Virus record (IMG/VR): IMGVR_UViG_3300042330_000854
Location: 32,001 to 96,000 of that record
DNA from: a virus
Reading direction: 5' to 3' (one strand)
Length of the DNA stretch: 64,000 bases
The translations under genes were made by a program, and so were the position numbers. Shown piece after piece: positions 33,628-42,716 of the stretch (position 1 is the first letter of the stretch; every line of letters starts with the position of its first letter). Under the pieces are notes generated by a model that was not told the origin of the DNA, made no database searches, and was given only the letters and a program-made list of their open reading frames with translations.

Positions 33628-35670
33628 TTAATCACCAAAATATTCTTTTAAATCTCTTAATTTTTTATTATCAACAATTATTTGTCCCCATTTTGATAAT
33701 AATATATTAACTAATGGATAATCATCAATTAATTTTAAACATTGATTTTTATAACATTCATCTGTTTTTATATCAATTAATGAAAAGTATTGTAATAACT
33801 CAATTGTTGATTGTTCATCAATGGTTAAACTATTTTGTTGCTTGTTTTTAAAAATATCTTGCCAACAATTAACATCTTTAAAGTTTTGTTCAAATTCTTC
33901 AATTTCATAAGAACCTAAACTAAAAATACTATAAAATTGATTATAGTTTAAACTTTTATTATGTTTTTCTAATAATTCATCAGTAATTTTTTCTTTTAAT
34001 TGTTCAATTAATTTATCATTCATTACTGTAAATTTAAATTGTTTAGATAATTTTTTATACATTGTTTCATTAATAAATAAATCATTTTTATTAATCAAAT
34101 TCAATCGCATTAATTTAGTTAAATTAAGCGGACTTAATGTTCGATCATTAATTGTTAATTCATTTCTTTCAGTAATCCAAACATTATATTCTTCTTGTTC
34201 CTCTAAAGAATACATTTTATAAAAACAACCAATAGACGATAGTTTATTAACTACAATAGAAGGCGAAATTAATTTTTCATTTTTCTCTTCAGAAAAAGAT
34301 TTTGCTTGTTTAAAAGTCCAACCAATTAATTTTTCTTTAAATTGATTTAATTCACGCAATGCTAATTCATATAATGATTTATTTTTATATTCGCCCTTTT
34401 TTAAAACAATACCAACGTAGTCGCCAATACGATTACATATTTGTTTTTTATTTGGATTTCTACCTAAATCAAAAACAACAAATTTTTGATTTGCTTTCGC
34501 ATGATAAAATTTATTGCTTTCATATTTTTTATAATTAACTTCAATTAATTCCCAATGAGTTAAATTATTTGAGATTTTAATAGTATTGAAGCCACTTAAT
34601 TCTTCAAATTTATTTTTAATATAAAAATGATTTTTATCCCATAAAATTTTTAATAAAATAGATTCTTTATAATAAGAATCAGTTAATTTTAAATAATCAT
34701 AAACAGTTGAACAATTATCAACTAATAATTCAGCACTATCAATAATTTTTTGATGAATTTGTTTTAATCGATTTTGTAAAACATTATGAGTTGAAAATTC
34801 ACTAATATTTCTTACATCGAAGTCTAAATTTTCTCTACTTGGAGAAACTTGTAATTCACCAATATCAAATTTAATTGCTAATTTTTTTGTTAAATCATAT
34901 CGAAAGAAATTTAAAATATCATCTTGAAATGGAATTTCATCAAAATTAACTTCATAAGGAATTTCACCAATAATACAAATACAAGAATTATAAGTTATAT
35001 TACTATGATTTATAAGATAAAAATCTTTAAAATTAAAATCAATAATATCATTATTAAAATTATTAAAAGGATTTACGCCAATAAATTCTGGTTTTACATC
35101 CCACCATTTAAAAATTTTAATTGCATTGGGGATAAATTCACTGATGTTTTGTTGAGGAACGATCATTGAAATTTTCACACCATTTGTTTTATCAGTTTTT
35201 TCTTCGCTGATTAAACTATAATCTGGCTCACCTGAACCAGCTTTAAAACAAGAATAAGTGTACATTTTACCGTTATATCGATTTTCAACAGTAAAATTAT
35301 TCACTAGGCAAAATGGTACTTTAAATCCTAATCCAAACCCACCAATTAATTGATTGCTTTTTGTTTTATCAGATGCAAAATATGTACAAACTTCAGAAAA
35401 TCTTTCTGGATCAATTCCAGTTCCACGATCTTCAACCCAAAAAATAGGATTATCAACCGTTGGTAAATTAATTTTAATTGGAGTATTAGGATCGAGTTGT
35501 TGCTGTGCATCTTTTGCATTGCTTGCAACTTCACGAATGATTGCTTCAACTTTTCTTGAATATAATTTATTTGATAAAATATCAAATGCTTTACCGTTAA
35601 TTGAAATCCCAAATGATTTAGTATTGTCAAATGGTGAATTTAATTTTTCTTGATGTTCGTCTAACTTCAT
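33628..35670 (-). CDS. rIIA: rIIA-like protein with GHKL ATPase domain
   Basis: FDILSNKLYS..IIREVASNAKDA, VEDRGTGI, GGFGLGFK, SPSRENL. Confidence 0.88.
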   Translation of the reverse strand: MKLDEHQEKLNSPFDNTKSFGISINGKAFDILSNKLYSRKVEAIIREVASNAKDAQQQLDPNTPIKINLPTVDNPIFWVEDRGTGIDPERFSEVCTYFASDKTKSNQLIGGFGLGFKVPFCLVNNFTVENRYNGKMYTYSCFKAGSGEPDYSLISEEKTDKTNGVKISMIVPQQNISEFIPNAIKIFKWWDVKPEFIGVNPFNNFNNDIIDFNFKDFYLINHSNITYNSCICIIGEIPYEVNFDEIPFQDDILNFFRYDLTKKLAIKFDIGELQVSPSRENLDFDVRNISEFSTHNVLQNRLKQIHQKIIDSAELLVDNCSTVYDYLKLTDSYYKESILLKILWDKNHFYIKNKFEELSGFNTIKISNNLTHWELIEVNYKKYESNKFYHAKANQKFVVFDLGRNPNKKQICNRIGDYVGIVLKKGEYKNKSLYELALRELNQFKEKLIGWTFKQAKSFSEEKNEKLISPSIVVNKLSSIGCFYKMYSLEEQEEYNVWITERNELTINDRTLSPLNLTKLMRLNLINKNDLFINETMYKKLSKQFKFTVMNDKLIEQLKEKITDELLEKHNKSLNYNQFYSIFSLGSYEIEEFEQNFKDVNCWQDIFKNKQQNSLTIDEQSTIELLQYFSLIDIKTDECYKNQCLKLIDDYPLVNILLSKWGQIIVDNKKLRDLKEYFGD

Positions 35671-35721
35671 AATAACCCTCTTAATTTGGTTTATTATGCT
35701 TTAAACTAATAATTTGTCAAG

Positions 35722-35747
35722 AAAAAAGGAGGAAATTTCCTCCTTTT
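35722..35747. terminator. Intrinsic terminator
   Basis: AAAAGGAGGAAA/TTTCCTCCTTTT. Confidence 0.8.
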
Positions 35748-35750
35748 AAA

Positions 35751-36068
35751 TTAACCCCAACGTTCAAGCATTTCTTTTTGAAATGTTTCATCTTGGTTTG
35801 GATGGTGTTTTAAAAAATCTTGAATTGTACGGAATTGGCGATGATTATACCAATAAACTTTAGTGCCATCAACAAACATAGCAGCCGGGCCATTTTCTCG
35901 ATGCCAAATCCATCCTTTTTTACACCATAATGAAAATCCTAATTTGCGATTAATCAAAGCAGGCGTTTCATCATTGGGCGAGCAAAGTTCAAAAATTCCT
36001 GGTAATTCATTAATATCATTAGTGTTAATTTCTTCACCATCAACATAACAAGTATATAAAAATTCCAT
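35751..36068 (-). CDS. HRLTGPA-family protein, B-type tail
   Basis: HRENGPA..HPNQDETFQKEMLERWG. Confidence 0.88.
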   Translation of the reverse strand: MEFLYTCYVDGEEINTNDINELPGIFELCSPNDETPALINRKLGFSLWCKKGWIWHRENGPAAMFVDGTKVYWYNHRQFRTIQDFLKHHPNQDETFQKEMLERWG

Positions 36069-36081
36069 TATTATTTCCTTT

Positions 36082-36237
36082 TTAATCTTTAAGTTCATTA
36101 ACAAGTTCAGCCTTCAGCTTCCGACGAATTTTACGGAATTCTTTCTTCCGTTTGCCAGCAGCAGGAAAACAACAACTGCATTTGATGCCGCCAGGACCAA
36201 CATTCAAATGCTTCATGAAATTACGCTTTGCGCTCAT
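36082..36237 (-). CDS. 51-aa basic protein with GPGG-x2-CxCC motif (not in ORF track)
   Basis: AGGAG RBS; MSAKRNFMKHLNVGPGGIKCSCCFPAAGKRKKEFRKIRRKLKAELVNELKD. Confidence 0.75.
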   Translation of the reverse strand: MSAKRNFMKHLNVGPGGIKCSCCFPAAGKRKKEFRKIRRKLKAELVNELKD

Positions 36238-36266
36238 TGTTAATCTCCTAATCAGTTGATAAATTT

Positions 36267-36295
36267 ACTATAAAAAATTTTTTGATTATTGTCAA
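36267..36295 (-). promoter_or_regulatory. Stereotyped strong promoter
   Basis: TTGACA-17-TATAGT plus ATCAACTGATTAGGAGA leader. Confidence 0.8.
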
Positions 36296-36308
36296 CTTTA
36301 TTTGTTTT

Positions 36309-36614
36309 TTAGTTAATATATTTTATTAGCTTCATATACACCGAAACCCGAAAGTTAAACCAATTTATTTTTAGTTCTTGTAGATTGCTTACCTTGCACA
36401 AATAATTAATAATCTCCGCTATTGTCATAATAGGTAACATGATCATCACACCCAATCCAAAAATTGGGCTGAGAATGATTGTACTTACTACGTTAAAAAA
36501 CAAAATTCCAGGACTAGATTTGCGGCGTTCAAACAACATGCGGATCATACCGACTACACCAATAACACAACAAACAACGTAATAAATTACGACTACGTAA
36601 TCAGATATACTCAT
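36309..36614 (-). CDS. Two-TM membrane protein
   Basis: Hydrophobic segments, AGGAG RBS. Confidence 0.7.
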   Translation of the reverse strand: MSISDYVVVIYYVVCCVIGVVGMIRMLFERRKSSPGILFFNVVSTIILSPIFGLGVMIMLPIMTIAEIINYLCKVSNLQELKINWFNFRVSVYMKLIKYIN

Positions 36615-36664
36615 TTGATTTCTCCTTGGTTGTGTTTTGATGTTTTTACCTTGTTGATGAAACC

Positions 36665-36693
36665 ATTATAGAAAATTTTCCTGTCTTTGTCAA
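36665..36693 (-). promoter_or_regulatory. Stereotyped strong promoter
   Basis: TTGACA-AAGACAGGAAAATTTTC-TATAAT. Confidence 0.85.
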
Positions 36694-36995
36694 ATACTTT
36701 TTACAAAAAATTCTTGAAGACTGGCCCCAAAATCAATCAGTTGTTCTTTAGTTAATTCCTTACCACGAAATTCTTGTGGAAGATTTTTAATAGAGAGATA
36801 AATAAATCGAGCACCCCGGTTGTTAATTTCAGCAATAATATCGATTGGTAAAATACCAATAACAATATCGCCTTGTTTTAGTTTAGAAGTATTATTATCA
36901 ACCCAATGCGTAATAATTTCTGGCGCATCAAAACCTTTTTCGTTAAGCCATTCCAATGCCCCAGAATGGCGGGTAATAAAATAAACATTGCTCAT
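36690..36995 (-). CDS. csx16: Csx16 (VVA1548)-family protein, putative cOA ring nuclease
   Basis: YFITRHSGALEW, GDIVIGILP, GARFIYL, LPxExRGKELT..L..FGASLQEF. Confidence 0.88.
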   Translation of the reverse strand: MSNVYFITRHSGALEWLNEKGFDAPEIITHWVDNNTSKLKQGDIVIGILPIDIIAEINNRGARFIYLSIKNLPQEFRGKELTKEQLIDFGASLQEFFVKSI

Positions 36996-37024
36996 TTCAT
37001 TTCTCCTAATCAGTTGATAAACTT

Positions 37025-37053
37025 ACTATAGAAAATTTTTTAATTGTTGTCAA
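37025..37053 (-). promoter_or_regulatory. Stereotyped strong promoter of csx16
   Basis: TTGACA-ACAATTAAAAAATTTTC-TATAGT plus ATCAACTGATTAGGAGA leader. Confidence 0.85.
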
Positions 37054-37055
37054 CA

Positions 37056-37271
37056 TTATTGTTTAAAAATAACTTCTAAATATTTTTCATAAAAATAATA
37101 AGTAGAAGAAAGTAAAACGGATGATATTAAACAACATAAGATGAAAATAAATGTATTTGATCCAAATAACATAAAAATCGTTATAGGCAAGAAAATAGTT
37201 AAAAAATATAAAATTGTTAATAAAACAAAATATTTTTTCTTTAATTTAGTTAAATCCGTAAATTTATTCAT
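37056..37271 (-). CDS. Two-TM membrane protein
   Basis: Hydrophobic. Confidence 0.6.
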   Translation of the reverse strand: MNKFTDLTKLKKKYFVLLTILYFLTIFLPITIFMLFGSNTFIFILCCLISSVLLSSTYYFYEKYLEVIFKQ

Positions 37272-37272
37272 T

Positions 37273-37677
37273 TTATGAAAAATTATTTTGATTAATATTT
37301 TTAACAACGTGATAAACTTCACTTGAAATTTGCATTTTTACTTTATCAATTTCTTTTATTTTGTTGTTTAAATATCGATCAACTTCATTAAAAACATCTT
37401 CAAAAAATTTGTCTTGAATAAAAACTTTATTTTTATCAACAAATAACGAATGAAACAATCCGTCTTTTCGATAATAGCTATAAATTTCTGTTTTTTGTAC
37501 AGAAATTGAAATTTCTGGTGGAATATGTGCAAATCGTTGAATAACTGTAAAACAAAATTCTGTTTTAACACCATCAATTTCACGAGTAAAAAAATAATTA
37601 AAAAACCTAGATGGATTGTTTACAATCTTAGCTTTTTGTAAAATTTCATCAAATTGTTTATATGTAATACCTGACAT
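37273..37677 (-). CDS. Hypothetical protein
   Basis: AAGGA RBS. Confidence 0.7.
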   Translation of the reverse strand: MSGITYKQFDEILQKAKIVNNPSRFFNYFFTREIDGVKTEFCFTVIQRFAHIPPEISISVQKTEIYSYYRKDGLFHSLFVDKNKVFIQDKFFEDVFNEVDRYLNNKIKEIDKVKMQISSEVYHVVKNINQNNFS

Positions 37678-37739
37678 GTTAATATCCTTTATGTTAATAA
37701 GCTACATAAAATATTACATATTGTGTTTTTTGTCAATAA

Positions 37740-38192
37740 TTATTTTATTAAGCCTACTTGAGTGCCTTTTGAATTTATGGTTAAAGTTTGACTTCTTGGA
37801 TTATCTGTATATGAAACATGAACCCAACCAGAATTTTTACCTTTAGCACTTTCATAAAATTCTAAAATCAATTGATCAAATGGAAAATTTTCTTCTATAA
37901 ATTTTGCTAAATCATAATTACTCATACCATTAATTTCAATATCGGCTGCTTGACCTTTTACATGTTGTGATGTTGGTTTGCTTCCAACCGCACTATTAAC
38001 TAATAAACTACGATAACCAGAATTAATTGTTAATTTCTGATTTAACAAATCAGTTAAAGGATCAAGAATAGCTTGACATAATTTTTTTATATTTTCTATT
38101 TCTTGTTGTCCTGGCGTATTGTCTAAATTTCTTCTTGTTGCTTCATAAGAACGAGTAAAATCTTGTAAAGTATAATATTTGCTAATTTCCAT
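37740..38192 (-). CDS. Peptidase M15A-family endolysin
   Basis: INSGYRS, SQHVKGQAADI, WVHVS. Confidence 0.92.
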   Translation of the reverse strand: MEISKYYTLQDFTRSYEATRRNLDNTPGQQEIENIKKLCQAILDPLTDLLNQKLTINSGYRSLLVNSAVGSKPTSQHVKGQAADIEINGMSNYDLAKFIEENFPFDQLILEFYESAKGKNSGWVHVSYTDNPRSQTLTINSKGTQVGLIK

Positions 38193-38231
38193 CTAAATAA
38201 CCTCTTGTTTAAGATTATTTAGATTTTTATT

Positions 38232-38540
38232 TTATCCATATTTTAACAACATTTCAATTTGAAAAGCATTATCTTGATTTGGATGCGCGTTTAACCAAGC
38301 TTGAAAATTTTTATATTCTTTCCCATTTAACCAAAAATATTCAGTCCCATCAAAATCAATTAAAGCTGGTCCAGTTAATCGATGCCAAATTCTTCCTTTT
38401 TTACACCATTCTTTAGACCCATCAGTTAAATCTTCCCAAGCTGGTGTGTTTTCATCTAGCGATGACATTTCATCCCAGGGTATTTCATCCCAAACATCAG
38501 TTGTAAATTTTTCACCATCGACGTAATAAATAAACTTCAT
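38232..38540 (-). CDS. HRLTGPA-family protein, B-type tail
   Basis: Family motifs. Confidence 0.9.
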   Translation of the reverse strand: MKFIYYVDGEKFTTDVWDEIPWDEMSSLDENTPAWEDLTDGSKEWCKKGRIWHRLTGPALIDFDGTEYFWLNGKEYKNFQAWLNAHPNQDNAFQIEMLLKYG

Positions 38541-38908
38541 TTTTTCAACTCCCAAAGAACATAATCAGTATTATTTTCAAAAATAACTTCAATCCAATAA
38601 ATTAAAAAACAAGAATTAAATCCTTGACTTTTATGTTTCATACAAAATTTAATTTTACCTAATGGTAAAATTTCAATTAAAAAATTATGCAAATTATGCA
38701 AACTTAAAGTTAATCCATAATAACTAGATAATAACGTTATTAAATCATCATTATCAATAAATTTATCAAATAATTTTAAAATATAATCTTCATCATCCGA
38801 ATGATACTCAAAAACATTTATTGATTGGCGATTTTCAATTACTGTTAATTCTTCAATTAATTCTTTTAAAAAATACTGATTTTCTTTTTGTAAAAGTATA
38901 AATCTCAT
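38537..38908 (-). CDS. Hypothetical protein with shared C-terminal tag
   Basis: Ends IFENNTDYVLWELKK. Confidence 0.7.
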   Translation of the reverse strand: MRFILLQKENQYFLKELIEELTVIENRQSINVFEYHSDDEDYILKLFDKFIDNDDLITLLSSYYGLTLSLHNLHNFLIEILPLGKIKFCMKHKSQGFNSCFLIYWIEVIFENNTDYVLWELKK

Positions 38909-39531
38909 TTTTTCTTTAATAATAAATCATAAACTGTCGCCAAATAAGGCTCTAAACCAATGGTTTCAATTTTACTTGTATGCGGAATTGAATTTTTCAT
39001 AATTTGGCTTAAACTAATTGTACGTTTTACTGTAGTTTGTTTACCACGTAATAAATCATTTATTGTTGTTCCTGAAACTTTAAAACCAGTTATGATTTTA
39101 CATAAATCAACTGAATATAAAACAACACCTGTTGTTTTATTATGATGTTGATGATCAGTTCCATTATGAACTTCAAAATTAACTCTTAATGTTTTAGCAA
39201 AACTATCATTATTATAAAACAAAGATTTTTTTTCGCTTAAAGAAAAATTCTTTGCTTTCATACAAATTAATTTTACTTCCATTGTTTCACCATTTGCAGC
39301 AATAACATCATCACCGGATAAATGATCGATTGCTAAACTATCCCAATAAAGACCAGCTACCCAATCTTCCCAACGTTGAGGAAAATTTCCTGATTTTTTT
39401 GCTGCGTTTGTGTTTGGGCACCAAAGTTTAGCATTTTGATAATCATGATTACGTAAGGCTAAAGGCAAAATTGCTTGCTGTTCACGAATTGTTCTATCCA
39501 ATAATTTGTTTTTTGAGAATTTCAATGTCAT
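38905..39531 (-). CDS. Hypothetical protein, possible PD-(D/E)XK nuclease fold
   Basis: WED..GDDVI..MEVK spacing. Confidence 0.45.
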   Translation of the reverse strand: MTLKFSKNKLLDRTIREQQAILPLALRNHDYQNAKLWCPNTNAAKKSGNFPQRWEDWVAGLYWDSLAIDHLSGDDVIAANGETMEVKLICMKAKNFSLSEKKSLFYNNDSFAKTLRVNFEVHNGTDHQHHNKTTGVVLYSVDLCKIITGFKVSGTTINDLLRGKQTTVKRTISLSQIMKNSIPHTSKIETIGLEPYLATVYDLLLKKK

Positions 39532-39841
39532 GTGTTTCTAGCTTTCTGTTTAATTGAATTGTTGTGTTTGGTATTTGAGGGAAAATATTAATTAAGATAT
39601 TATTTTCATCATAACAAAAAATTTTATGTTCTAAATTATCTACTGATTTAGTATTTTTTTTAGGTATTTCTAAAATTAAATGTGATTTTGTTTTTTTAAT
39701 TGGAAAAGTGTTTTTTTCAAAATCAATTAAAATTTTATCATTTAAAATTGTATATGAAAAAAATTGATGTTTATTCCATTCTGGCAATTTTGATAATTTT
39801 AAAATTGTTTTTGTTGTTAATCTTGTAATTTGTGCATTCAT
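39494..39841 (-). CDS. Hypothetical protein
   Basis: GAGG RBS. Confidence 0.65.
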   Translation of the reverse strand: MNAQITRLTTKTILKLSKLPEWNKHQFFSYTILNDKILIDFEKNTFPIKKTKSHLILEIPKKNTKSVDNLEHKIFCYDENNILINIFPQIPNTTIQLNRKLETHDIEILKKQIIG

Positions 39842-39919
39842 TCTTACATCCTCATTTTTAATGATAATAAATGAATATTTTAAAAATTACAAAATAAAAA
39901 AGAGAGGGAATCCCCTCTC

Positions 39920-40096
39920 TTAATTAATTTCAGACTTTAATTCTTGTTTTAAACGATGACGACCAATTCGGTGCATAAGTTTATTATCACGAGAATGGGC
40001 ACGTTTAGAACGGCGACTATTATAAGTTTCACGAGGAAAACGATCATGACCAGGACAACAGCCATGATCTTCGCGTTTCATACCATAAGGTTTCAT
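39920..40096 (-). CDS. 58-aa Arg/His-rich protein with CCPGH motif (not in ORF track)
   Basis: AGGAG RBS; MKPYGMKREDHGCCPGHDRFPRETYNSRRSKRAH...; terminator 39896-39921. Confidence 0.75.
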   Translation of the reverse strand: MKPYGMKREDHGCCPGHDRFPRETYNSRRSKRAHSRDNKLMHRIGRHRLKQELKSEIN

Positions 40097-40102
40097 TTTT
40101 TA

Positions 40103-40225
40103 TCACTCCTTGTCATTGTTATTATAAACATCGCTCATGTCATAAACCGAATAATCTTCTTTATCACCTAGCCCTTGTAACAGAAACATAATGACAAAAA
40201 ATAAGAGGCCGATTGTAATAAACAT
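40103..40225 (-). CDS. Small membrane peptide
   Basis: AGGAG RBS, MFITIGLLFFVIMFLL. Confidence 0.6.
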   Translation of the reverse strand: MFITIGLLFFVIMFLLQGLGDKEDYSVYDMSDVYNNNDKE

Positions 40226-40271
40226 AATATTCTCCTTGTTTTTATTTTGACATTTCTGTCTTGATGTATTT

Positions 40272-40300
40272 ATTATAGAAAATTTTTTATTTCTTGTCAA
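40272..40300 (-). promoter_or_regulatory. Stereotyped strong promoter
   Basis: TTGACA-AGAAATAAAAAATTTTC-TATAAT. Confidence 0.85.
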
Positions 40301-40306
40301 GTATTT

Positions 40307-40501
40307 TTAAAGAAATTGAAGAATAATTCCTAAAACTAAAAAACTAATAATCCAAAATTTTGCGAGTTTATCTCCTTGTTCTTTTGAAATGTTTTTAGTT
40401 TTTAATTGTTTATAATAAATTTCTCGTTTAAATGTAAACTGATAAGTTAGAAAAGCGGAAAACGCAATCATTAAAATACCAATGATGTTAAAAATAATCA
40501 T
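40307..40501 (-). CDS. Two-TM membrane protein
   Basis: AGGAG RBS. Confidence 0.7.
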   Translation of the reverse strand: MIIFNIIGILMIAFSAFLTYQFTFKREIYYKQLKTKNISKEQGDKLAKFWIISFLVLGIILQFL

Positions 40502-40512
40502 AATTAATCTCC

Positions 40513-40860
40513 TTAAATATTTGCTGTATTTGTTTTAATACATTGACGAAGTTGTAGATAAGTATCATAAAACAATTTTGCTTGTTCTTGATCAATTGTT
40601 TTTTGAATTCCTGTTTCAATTGCGATTTTTTGCATTGAAAATTCAATCCATGATAAACTACAAATTTTTGGAATTTTAATTTGAGTAATATCATAATCAA
40701 TATCAGGAATAACCAAATTTACAGCAGATTGTAATTTTTGTGCTGCTTGCTTACTTTCATAAACCGTTGTTTGAGTTGTAATAGTTGCATTACGATTATC
40801 TTGATAATTAACCGAACAACCAGCCAACAAAATCATCGACAAAACAGAAAAAATCTTCAT
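40513..40860 (-). CDS. Lipoprotein
   Basis: Lipobox LAGC. Confidence 0.8.
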   Translation of the reverse strand: MKIFSVLSMILLAGCSVNYQDNRNATITTQTTVYESKQAAQKLQSAVNLVIPDIDYDITQIKIPKICSLSWIEFSMQKIAIETGIQKTIDQEQAKLFYDTYLQLRQCIKTNTANI

Positions 40861-40892
40861 TTGTTATCTCCTTGTTAAGTTTCAATAACATT

Positions 40893-40921
40893 ATATTAGA
40901 AAATTTTCTGTTTTTTGTCAA
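40893..40921 (-). promoter_or_regulatory. Stereotyped strong promoter
   Basis: TTGACA-AAAAACAGAAAATTTTC-TAATAT. Confidence 0.8.
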
Positions 40922-40924
40922 TGA

Positions 40925-41254
40925 TTAATTTTGTAAAAACCACAAAACTCTTTCAGTTTCATTTAAACCAATGGCATCAAAATAAATATCGGGATTTGGA
41001 TGATCTTTAATCCAATCATGAACGTTATCGTAATCTTTTCCATTTAAAAAATATTGTTCTATTCCATTTCTCGAAATATAAGCAGGGCCAATTAATCGAT
41101 GTAAAATTCTTCCTTTTTTACACCACAATTTTGTACCACTTGTACTTTCATAAGCAGGCGCATTTTCATCTAAAGAAGATATGTCTTTCCAAGGAATTTC
41201 TCCATACTTATTTGTAGTAAATTTCTTTTTATCAATAAAATAAATATAAGTCAT
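40925..41254 (-). CDS. HRLTGPA-family protein, A-type tail
   Basis: Family motifs. Confidence 0.9.
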   Translation of the reverse strand: MTYIYFIDKKKFTTNKYGEIPWKDISSLDENAPAYESTSGTKLWCKKGRILHRLIGPAYISRNGIEQYFLNGKDYDNVHDWIKDHPNPDIYFDAIGLNETERVLWFLQN

Positions 41255-41300
41255 TTTGTATTTCTTAAATAAAATTAAGGGCTTTAACAAGCCCTTAATC

Positions 41301-41537
41301 TTACCGATCTTTTAATTTGTTTTGTTTTTGTGCAAGTTTTTGTCGCGCAATACTTTTTTCTTTTTCTTGGCGGCGAGATTCACCAGGGCGAACGTAAAAT
41401 TCTCTACGACGCAATTCTTCCATTAACCCATCATTGCGAATTTTTTTATTTAATACTCGTAATGCTGAACTTACATCATTACCAAATACTTGTACACTTA
41501 AACCTGACATATTACCCCAATTTTTTACATGTTTCAT
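41301..41537 (-). CDS. rpsU: Ribosomal protein bS21
   Basis: VQVFGNDVSSALRVLNKK..DGLMEELRRREFYVRPGESRR. Confidence 0.9.
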   Translation of the reverse strand: MKHVKNWGNMSGLSVQVFGNDVSSALRVLNKKIRNDGLMEELRRREFYVRPGESRRQEKEKSIARQKLAQKQNKLKDR

Positions 41538-41549
41538 ATTTTTCTCTTT

Positions 41550-41948
41550 CTAAGATTTTAAAATTACATCTAAATTACATTTTAATGTTACTGGATTATC
41601 TGAAGCATAATCTAAACCAACAGAATAATTCAATAATCCATTTTCTACAACAACGATGGTATCTAAAATTTTATCACCATTATCTAAAAATTCAATTTGA
41701 TATTTACTAATATTTCTTAACTCATCAACGATTTCCTTTATTGTTTTAATTTGTGGAACCCTTAACTCAAAAAATAATTTAGCTGATCCATTTTCTACAA
41801 CCAAATTACTTTTTTCAACTTGTTGTGTTAACAACAAGTTATTATTATTTTCTTTATCGTAAAACATAACTCTAAAACGCCATTGTGGATTAGGAGCTAA
41901 TATTCCTGAACCCTGAGTTGGTACTCCAAACTTTTCTAATGTTGCCAT
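41550..41948 (-). CDS. Tail tube-like protein (short, divergent)
   Basis: LEKFGVP..GIL.P..WRFRV, LDYAS..PVT; T4 gp19-like pattern. Confidence 0.6.
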   Translation of the reverse strand: MATLEKFGVPTQGSGILAPNPQWRFRVMFYDKENNNNLLLTQQVEKSNLVVENGSAKLFFELRVPQIKTIKEIVDELRNISKYQIEFLDNGDKILDTIVVVENGLLNYSVGLDYASDNPVTLKCNLDVILKS

Positions 41949-42014
41949 TTTTATTCCTCTAATTTTTATTATCTTAATTGACTAAAATTGTTAATTCAAT
42001 AATAATTTGAAAAA

Positions 42015-42341
42015 TTAATTTTTTTGTAAATCAAATAAAATTAAATCAACATATTCTAATTCTACAATTATTAAACAAAAAACATTAGAACCATTCGGCA
42101 TACCAACAACGGGTATATAATCTAAGCGCTCATCACAATAATAAATTTCAAACTCTTTATCTTTTAAAACTTTAGACAACAATGAAATATTTTTAATTTG
42201 TTCTATCCATCGATCATTTATAATCGAAAAATAATCTTGTATATAATATTTTTCGTCAAACTTTTCTTTTGAATAAACTCCACGATAACTATCTATTAAA
42301 TTATCATGTCGGTCTAAATTAACAAGTATGTATGATTTCAT
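42015..42341 (-). CDS. Hypothetical protein with shared C-terminal tag
   Basis: Ends LEYVDLILFDLQKN. Confidence 0.65.
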   Translation of the reverse strand: MKSYILVNLDRHDNLIDSYRGVYSKEKFDEKYYIQDYFSIINDRWIEQIKNISLLSKVLKDKEFEIYYCDERLDYIPVVGMPNGSNVFCLIIVELEYVDLILFDLQKN

Positions 42342-42646
42342 GATTGCAATAATGCCAATGTTTGATCTACTTGACGATAAAAATTTAATTTTACTAAAAT
42401 ACTATAACAAAGCGTTCCTCTTATATCACTGTAAAATTTTAATTTTATATTTCTTGTTTTATAAATTTTATATAAATGTTCAATTATTAAATCTTCTATT
42501 TTATAATAAGAAAAATAATATTTAGTATAAATGGTACTTTTTTGTTTTTCTTTATTTAATTCACGAAAATATTTACGAGAAATTTTTTCAATATCATAAT
42601 GATTGTTCATTATATCGGCTTTAACTAATAAAAATATTGGATACAA
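42338..42646 (-). CDS. Hypothetical protein with shared C-terminal tag
   Basis: Ends FYRQVDQTLALLQS. Confidence 0.6.
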   Translation of the reverse strand: MYPIFLLVKADIMNNHYDIEKISRKYFRELNKEKQKSTIYTKYYFSYYKIEDLIIEHLYKIYKTRNIKLKFYSDIRGTLCYSILVKLNFYRQVDQTLALLQS

Positions 42647-42716
42647 ATTCTTATTTCCTTATTCATATATTTTATCAACTCCAATTTAAATAATAGTATA
42701 TATTTGGAGTTTTAAA

